A DNA stretch of 64,000 nucleotides, from IMG/VR virus record IMGVR_UViG_3300032323_003820, positions 1-64,000 of that record. One strand, 5' to 3'. Made by a program: the position numbers and the translations under genes. Below, one piece after another: positions 58,122 to 64,000 of the stretch (position 1 is the first letter of the stretch; every line of letters begins with the position of its first letter). This DNA comes from a virus. The notes under the pieces are model-generated. The model saw only the letters and a program-made list of their open reading frames with translations, was not told the origin of the DNA and made no database searches.

Positions 58122-59483
58122 TTATTTTTCGTCTAAAATGTTGAAAAGTTCTGGTTGATTTAAAAATAAATTGAAATGTTGTTCGTCGAACTCATGTATT
58201 TTGTTACGGTCGTATCTACCGTCTTTGTCCTTTGTAAGAATCTGAACTTGTATTTTACCTGTAGAAGTATCAATTCCAAGAACCTGAAAAAATAAATTGG
58301 GGTCTTTAGGTGTTTTATGGACTTTACGAAAATCGTACTTGTTTTTGATTTTCCAATATAACTCATAAATTCTTTTATAGTCTTCTCCTTCTTGCTCCAT
58401 TTTTTCGATAATTGTATCCAAAGTATCTCCCCATTTTCTATTCAATTGTTCCATATCTAACAACCTACTGTTTTCGTAATCATATTGGTTATCATACCAA
58501 CCACCCAAATTACCTTTTTTATTTTCAAAATAATCTTCAAGTAATTGTTTTAAAGTTGCTCGACTATCACCCACTTCAGAATACATTTTCAAAATTTCTG
58601 AAATTGGTAATTTCACTATTTCGCGTACTAAATCTACATCCAATCCAACACTTTTGAAATACTCAATAAGTTCCTCATTTACCTGTTCGTAAGCCGTATC
58701 ATTCATTTGCTCATTTACCGCATCTGTCCACACAGATATAATGTCATCCATGTATCTAGCAAACTCATCATATAATATTCTGAAAATTTGTCGAAAATAC
58801 CCTTCTGACTTTTCATATTTAATATTGGGCATCAAGAAAGAAGAAATGTATTCTAATTTTTTTTCATTTTCTTCATCAAAATGCCAGAATGGGCCATAAC
58901 CTTCTTTCATATCCTCGTAGTCTGAATCATAAGTTCTAAATTCCCACCTACGACTGGATACCCAATTGTAAAAAGAAACGTCATCCTCACCCAACCCGAT
59001 TTTTTCTAAAAATTCATCGAAGTCATTAAAGTCCAAAGAGATTTTTGGTTCTTCATCATCGTTGTTTACCACACGAAGTATTAAAGAGTCAGCATTTTCT
59101 AACGTCCTTGCAGTAATTTCACCTCTCATGAAACTTCTAAGTTGATTGAAAAAGTTCGACCCTAAAAGTTTTTTGGTCATTTGTTCGTCTACTCCAAAAT
59201 AGTCTTTCAAATTTTTCTGAACATCATCTAATGAAACTTCATTCTCGTTAGAATCTAAAATATCGTTATTGATTAGTCTTCTAAATGACTCTACTCTACC
59301 ATTGATTTTATCTATGAAAATGTATGTTACTGTACCTTTATCATTGAACCTTTCGGACATATAACGGTTTCCACAAAAATAATGGTTTTTATCATAATGA
59401 CAGAGTGCGTCCATGGTTAAAGGTCTAACAATTGTTAAATCATCCTCGTCCAATATCACTTTAATTTGGTCTTCCATACTCAT
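58122..59483 (-). CDS. Hypothetical acidic protein
   Basis: 453 aa; TATTTATA 5 nt upstream (59489-59496). Confidence 0.7.
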   Translation of the reverse strand: MSMEDQIKVILDEDDLTIVRPLTMDALCHYDKNHYFCGNRYMSERFNDKGTVTYIFIDKINGRVESFRRLINNDILDSNENEVSLDDVQKNLKDYFGVDEQMTKKLLGSNFFNQLRSFMRGEITARTLENADSLILRVVNNDDEEPKISLDFNDFDEFLEKIGLGEDDVSFYNWVSSRRWEFRTYDSDYEDMKEGYGPFWHFDEENEKKLEYISSFLMPNIKYEKSEGYFRQIFRILYDEFARYMDDIISVWTDAVNEQMNDTAYEQVNEELIEYFKSVGLDVDLVREIVKLPISEILKMYSEVGDSRATLKQLLEDYFENKKGNLGGWYDNQYDYENSRLLDMEQLNRKWGDTLDTIIEKMEQEGEDYKRIYELYWKIKNKYDFRKVHKTPKDPNLFFQVLGIDTSTGKIQVQILTKDKDGRYDRNKIHEFDEQHFNLFLNQPELFNILDEK

Positions 59484-59502
59484 AATGATATAAATATTTT
59501 TG

Positions 59503-59534
59503 TTTGGTGAATAATATATTTATTCTTACCTTTG
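59503..59534 (+). promoter_or_regulatory. Complete Bacteroidota housekeeping promoter TTTG-N20-TACCTTTG for the tmRNA
   Basis: -33 TTTG at 59503-59506; -7 TAnnTTTG at 59527-59534. Confidence 0.75.
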
Positions 59535-59553
59535 TAAGGTTCTTTGAAAATAT

Positions 59554-59976
59554 GGGGAAGACATGGAATCGACTGCAATATGTAGGTACAAGTGGCATGT
59601 CGGAGCTGAATTAACTCCGTAAAAACTGATTTAAAAAACAAATGGCAATACTTTTGCTAAGATGTCTGCTCTCGGTTTGATGAGAGAAGCGTCTGTTGTT
59701 GCTGCGTAATCGTAGAGAACAACACTCGGGTCGGTAAGGACATACACCTAGGAACAGAAGTCCATGAGGTCTAACAAATACCGCGTGATTCAGTTCAGGA
59801 AATTTGTTTGGTGGTGTTTTCGGTTCAAGCCAACTTAATAGGAACCGACCACAGTTGTTAGTTCTAATGGAAAAATAAGAACTATCTATTTGTTGATTGA
59901 GAACTAATCAAATAAACATGTAGTCATTTGTGGTTGCTATTGCAAGACGAGGGTTCGAGTCCCTCCTTCTCCACCA
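59554..59976 (+). ncRNA. ssrA: tmRNA (423 nt); tag ORF 59644-59709 GNTFAKMSALGLMREASVVAA*
   Basis: 5' GGGGAAG pairs with CTTCTCC-ACCA including the G3:U wobble; GGAATCGAC D-loop; T arm GAGGG-TTCGAGT-CCCTC; internal ORF ending AA-stop. Confidence 0.93.
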
Positions 59977-60006
59977 ACAGTTTTAAAAAATGAGTTTGGA
60001 AAACTT

Positions 60007-60040
60007 AAAACCCCGTTGACAAATAGTCTCGGGGTTTTTT
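60007..60040 (+). terminator. Intrinsic terminator after the tmRNA
   Basis: AAAACCCCG..GAC-aaata-GTC.CGGGGTTTTTT. Confidence 0.8.
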
Positions 60041-60114
60041 GTTAGCCCAAACTTAACACAAAAAATGAGGTCATTTAACTTTAATTTTCTAATTATTGGT
60101 TTCAACAAAAAATT

Positions 60115-62367
60115 ATGTTAAGAAATTTATTTTTATTATTGGTTTTACCAATATTCAGTTTTTCCCAAGACACATTGTTCAATCAAAAGTTAGATGAAGT
60201 TAAAATTAAAAGTACAACTAAGAAAGAAACCAACATTGCAGTAATCAATATTGTAAGAAACAGTTCAGTCGTTTCTGATGGACTTTCAGTAGAGTTTATC
60301 AAAAAAACTCCTGATAGAACTGTCGGAGATGCCCTCAAAAGAGTAAATGGAGTAACAATTCAAAACGACAAGTTTGTTTTGGTTAGAGGATTATCAGATA
60401 GGTATAATTCAGCAATACTTAATAAAACTCTTCTTCCTTCAACTGAACCTGACAGAAGAGCATTTTCATTTGATATTATCCCATCTAACTTAATAGATAA
60501 TATTATTGTTTCAAAATCAGCAATCGCATCATTACCTGGCGATTTTGGTGGTGGTATAATTCAGGTGAACACTAAAGATGTATCGAAAAATTTTTTTACG
60601 ATAGGAATGGGTTCGGGTTACGGGACCGTTTCCACATTCCAAAAATTCAGCTCGGTGGAATATATTCCGTTTCCCATGAACTTTCCGTCCACATACGATT
60701 TTAGAGTTTCTTCAAATGGTGATAGAAGAGCGTTTACTAAACTAATAGGGTCTCCTAACTCTAAAACAACAAATTCATTTCCTAACCTAAATGGTAATTT
60801 GTCTTTTGGTTATAAAAAAGATAAATGGAATTTGTTAATGTCGGCAAATGCAAGAAATTCATTTTCTCTAAATTTTATTGACAGACAAGATTATCAATCA
60901 TCTACTGAATTGGCTTACAAATATAAAGACACGTCATTTACAAAAGTATTTTTGGTTAATGGGTTAATGAACCTAACTTATTTAGGTCAAAACAAATATT
61001 CTTGGAAAACATTATTTAATCACCAAATTGAAAATTCTTATCTGACAAGAAATGGTGAGAATTATGATAACGTACAAGATGTTAGAAGTAATTCTTCTAA
61101 TAATATTGTTAAGACAATTGTAAATTCACAATTTGATGGTAAGATAAAAACTTTAGATTTTAATGTTGGTTGGAACTTGATGATTAGAGACCAGCCTGAC
61201 TATAGAGTCAACCCTATTGCAAAGTCATTAGGGACGAATACAGAGTATACAACCGCTTGGAGAGACACATACAGGTTTTGGTCTGTAATGGACGAGAATT
61301 CATTCAATGGTTCGTTAAATAAGGAGATAAACGATTTCAAGGTTGGTGTATCTTATTTGAAAAAATTAAGAAATTTTAAAGCAAGAATTTTCAGATATGA
61401 TGCTGAAGATATGTTAAATGAAATAACAAATAACACTGACAAATATGGTGCCGATTTTGATTTGGGTGCTGGATATGTTCAATACGATAAAACACTTGGA
61501 AAACTCAAGGTAAATGGTGGACTTAGAACTGAATATAATTTATTCAATGTCGAAACATCAGATTTCAGCGGACAACAGGTTCAGGTGAATAGAGAGTATT
61601 TGGACTTCTTACCTTCTATCAACCTTTCATATAATTTAGAGAAAACAAAATTCAGAACTTCATTTTCCAAAACACTTTCAAGACCTGAGTTTAGAGAAGT
61701 TGCTAATTTTGCATATTACGATTTCGTAAGAAATGCACAACTCTTAGGTAATACAAATTTAGAAAAGACTGACATCTATAATTTAGACCTTAAGTGGGAA
61801 TACTATCCAAAATCAGGTGAGAATGTATCAGTCGCTCTATTCGGTAAGAACTTTGTAAGACCAATAGAACAAATAGTGGCAGATGGTTCAGTACCATCCA
61901 ATCTTCTTTTAACTTTCACAAATCCTGACAGAGCAAATGTTTATGGTATTGAATTTGAACTTAGAAAACAAATTAACAAATGGTTAGATGTTTATACAAA
62001 TTCTACAATATCAAACTCACATGTTGAAGTTAATGGGGTGGGAAGACAATTACAAGGACAATCAAACTACGTGGTTAATGGTGGTTTGAATTTCCATAAA
62101 GGAAATAATACATTTAACATTTCATATAACAGAGTGGGTGATAGAATTTCTGCAGTAGGATTTCAGGGTTATGCAGATATATTCGAAAACTCAAGAGACG
62201 TAATAGACATTGTTTACCTATTAAAAATTAAAAACGGTGAACTTAAAATCGCGGTTGGTGACATATTAGCTCAACCAACGGTATACTATCAAAAAATAAA
62301 CAACAGAGAGTTAATTAAAACAAATAACGAACAAACTCTCTCGGTTTCGCTAAACTTAAATTTATGA
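60115..62367 (+). CDS. TonB-dependent outer-membrane receptor
   Basis: Signal peptide, LDEVKI TonB-box-like segment, plug (DALKRVNGVT...VRGL..RYN...FDIIP..LIDNI.VSKS), barrel motifs GLRTEY, SRPEFRE, GN.NL. Confidence 0.92.
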   Translation: MLRNLFLLLVLPIFSFSQDTLFNQKLDEVKIKSTTKKETNIAVINIVRNSSVVSDGLSVEFIKKTPDRTVGDALKRVNGVTIQNDKFVLVRGLSDRYNSAILNKTLLPSTEPDRRAFSFDIIPSNLIDNIIVSKSAIASLPGDFGGGIIQVNTKDVSKNFFTIGMGSGYGTVSTFQKFSSVEYIPFPMNFPSTYDFRVSSNGDRRAFTKLIGSPNSKTTNSFPNLNGNLSFGYKKDKWNLLMSANARNSFSLNFIDRQDYQSSTELAYKYKDTSFTKVFLVNGLMNLTYLGQNKYSWKTLFNHQIENSYLTRNGENYDNVQDVRSNSSNNIVKTIVNSQFDGKIKTLDFNVGWNLMIRDQPDYRVNPIAKSLGTNTEYTTAWRDTYRFWSVMDENSFNGSLNKEINDFKVGVSYLKKLRNFKARIFRYDAEDMLNEITNNTDKYGADFDLGAGYVQYDKTLGKLKVNGGLRTEYNLFNVETSDFSGQQVQVNREYLDFLPSINLSYNLEKTKFRTSFSKTLSRPEFREVANFAYYDFVRNAQLLGNTNLEKTDIYNLDLKWEYYPKSGENVSVALFGKNFVRPIEQIVADGSVPSNLLLTFTNPDRANVYGIEFELRKQINKWLDVYTNSTISNSHVEVNGVGRQLQGQSNYVVNGGLNFHKGNNTFNISYNRVGDRISAVGFQGYADIFENSRDVIDIVYLLKIKNGELKIAVGDILAQPTVYYQKINNRELIKTNNEQTLSVSLNLNL

Positions 62368-63563
62368 AAAAACTTCTAACAGCTGTCCTGTTCTCAACAA
62401 TCTTATTAAGTTGTAAAAAAGAATTAGGAGGTGGAACACCACCAATTAACGTACCCTCTCAGACTACCTTGACGGGTAACATCAATCAAACAACAACTTT
62501 AACATCTGACAAAGTATGGACCTTAAAAGGGTACGTATATGTTACAGACGGAGCAAAGTTAATTATCCAACCAGGAACAACAATTATATCTGATGTTGCT
62601 GAAAAAGGTGCACTTTGTATAGAAAGAGGTGCTCAAATTATTGCAGAGGGAACTCCTGAAAAACCAATCATTTTTACTTCAGGTAAAAACGCTGGTGAAA
62701 AAGCACCTGGTGATTGGGGTGGAATTGTAATTTTGGGAAGAGCTAAAACTAACAGAAGTTCTGAACCAACAATCGAAGGTGGCATTGGTAGACCTTTCGG
62801 TGGAACTAATGATGCTGACAACAGTGGTATTCTGAAGTATGTAAGAATTGAGTACGCAGGTATTGCCGCACTTCCTAACTCAGAAATCAACGCATTAACA
62901 TTGGGTGGAGTTGGTAGTGGAACTGTAATAGAATATGTTCAAACAGTTTACGCTAACGATGATGCGTTTGAGTTCTTCGGTGGAACAGTATCTCCAAAAT
63001 ACCTTTATGCATTTGCAACTGCGGATGATGATTTTGATTTTGACTTTGGATACACAGGAACAATCACAAATGGTGTGGCAAAAAGAGACCCACAATTTGT
63101 AGATAATGGTGACACAGGTAATGGAGTAGAGTGTGATAATGATGGTGTAGGTTCATTGGCTCAACCATTCACTCATCCAAAACTTCTTAACATGATTTTG
63201 GTTGGTCCAAACGACGCAACATCACTTCCGAATCACAACTTGGGTTTAAGATTCAGAAGAGCAACACAATTCACAATGAAAAATAGTGTGATTTGGGGTT
63301 GGATGAAAGGTGGTTTAAGTTTAGAGAGTAATGAAACTGCACAATTCGTTAAGGATGGAGTTTCAGTATTCGAAAATAACTCAGTGGGGACTTTCAATCC
63401 AACACTTAACTTTATTAGTAAAGCAACAACAATACTTACAAACGACCAATTAAAAACATTATCATTATCAAAAGGCAATTCAGAAATTACTTCAGTAATA
63501 CCTGAACTTGCAACTCCACTTTGGATATCCAAATGGACAAGGTTTCCAACAAAAGGAAAATAA
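62364..63563 (+). CDS. Beta-helix surface lipoprotein partnering the TonB receptor
   Basis: Lipobox ILLSC; GDWGGIVILG.A, DNSG.LKYVRIEYAG, EIN.LTLGGVG, DDAFEFFGG, DDDFDFD.G. Confidence 0.85.
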   Translation: MKKLLTAVLFSTILLSCKKELGGGTPPINVPSQTTLTGNINQTTTLTSDKVWTLKGYVYVTDGAKLIIQPGTTIISDVAEKGALCIERGAQIIAEGTPEKPIIFTSGKNAGEKAPGDWGGIVILGRAKTNRSSEPTIEGGIGRPFGGTNDADNSGILKYVRIEYAGIAALPNSEINALTLGGVGSGTVIEYVQTVYANDDAFEFFGGTVSPKYLYAFATADDDFDFDFGYTGTITNGVAKRDPQFVDNGDTGNGVECDNDGVGSLAQPFTHPKLLNMILVGPNDATSLPNHNLGLRFRRATQFTMKNSVIWGWMKGGLSLESNETAQFVKDGVSVFENNSVGTFNPTLNFISKATTILTNDQLKTLSLSKGNSEITSVIPELATPLWISKWTRFPTKGK

Positions 63564-63570
63564 ATGAAAC

Positions 63571-63597
63571 AAACCCTCACTTCGGTGGGGGTTTTTT
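63571..63597 (+). terminator. Intrinsic terminator with cUUCGg tetraloop
   Basis: AAACCCTCAC-TTCG-GTGGGGGTTTTTT. Confidence 0.85.
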
Positions 63598-63647
63598 ATT
63601 TAATAATTTCTTAAAGTGGGGGTCTATAAAATATTCTATTTATTGTT

Positions 63648-64000
63648 ATGAAAATCAAAGAATTATTAACAATAGTAATCCCGTGCAAAAATGAGGAGGA
63701 ACTTATTTTATTAACTCTTGGATTATTGAATAAACAAAAGAATATTCGTGGGACCAGAATTATTATTTCAGATAGTTCGGACGACAATACAAGAAACTTA
63801 ATTTCAAATAAAAAATTTGACAACTTAAAGGTTGAAATTATTGAAGGGGGATTTCCGTCAAAAGCAAGAAATAATGGGGCTCTAATTTCTGAAACACCAT
63901 ATATTTTGTTTTTAGATGCGGATATGTTCCTAACAGACATTAACACTATAGAAAAATCTTTATCTTTTATAGTTGAAAACTCCTTATCTTTAGTTACTAC
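63648..64000 (+). CDS. Glycosyltransferase family 2 (partial, runs off the right edge)
   Basis: Manual translation MKIKELLTIVIPCKNEE...ISDSSDDNT...ARNNGA...ILFLDAD; TATTTATT 3 nt upstream. Confidence 0.85.
   Translation, partial: MKIKELLTIVIPCKNEEELILLTLGLLNKQKNIRGTRIIISDSSDDNTRNLISNKKFDNLKVEIIEGGFPSKARNNGALISETPYILFLDADMFLTDINTIEKSLSFIVENSLSLVT

Noticed and set aside
1978-59496. Canonical T4 late promoters TATAAATA read on the plus strand
   Set aside because: Those occurrences sit just upstream of minus-strand genes, so the sense motif is TATTTATA; they point away from any plus-strand start.
59946-59976. Stand-alone tRNA, or a prophage attachment site at the tmRNA 3' end
   Set aside because: The acceptor stem pairs with 59554 about 420 nt away and encloses a tag ORF. 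No integrase or duplicated 3' end is visible, and phage-type motifs continue to the right; a boundary cannot be fully excluded without flanking data.
63611-63946. Minus-strand 111-aa ORF
   Set aside because: Antisense to a clear GT2 gene starting at 63648.
1-64000. Stop-codon reassignment as seen in some large Bacteroidota phages
   Set aside because: Genes are full length and densely packed in the standard code; TAG (e.g. 13940, 56553) and TGA both act as stops.

Overview
This window is a segment of a large, AT-rich T4-like (jumbo-type) phage genome in the standard genetic code. The host is very probably a Bacteroidota bacterium: there are TAnnTTTG promoters, no Shine-Dalgarno sites, a Bacteroidota-type bS21, a DUF4494-like gene and a TonB receptor/lipoprotein pair. 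In order it holds: (i) S/T/G-rich virion proteins with Gly-X-Y (GSS/GTS) and Pro-Thr repeats (1-5.7 kb); (ii) small late genes including a WYL protein; (iii) an ~18 kb glycan cluster with about 10 glycosyltransferases, Gmd, an aminotransferase, an acetyltransferase, four methyltransferases and a cupin, plus an exonuclease, dUTPase and PhoH, ending at a gp55-like late sigma factor; (iv) baseplate-region genes; (v) the head module (major capsid, scaffold, prohead protease, portal, TerL) with an oppositely oriented ribosomal protein bS21 inside it; (vi) a nucleotidyltransferase-lysin fusion, KTSC, a kinase, Hsp20, an N-terminally truncated ClpC and peptidases; (vii) a tmRNA with a 21-codon tag; (viii) a TonB-dependent receptor plus lipoprotein and a further GT2. 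The best candidate for an undescribed system is phage-encoded virion glycosylation. A [S/T]-G-x-T motif is strongly enriched in structural proteins and absent from the control enzymes checked, and it sits beside a duplication-prone GDP-sugar glycosyltransferase cassette. Other notable signals are a TATTTAT late promoter giving near-leaderless mRNAs, prohead-protease-type tags on enzyme cargo and polyproteins, and a bS21/tmRNA/ClpC translation-proteolysis module. All family calls come from motif recognition by eye; no database search was run.
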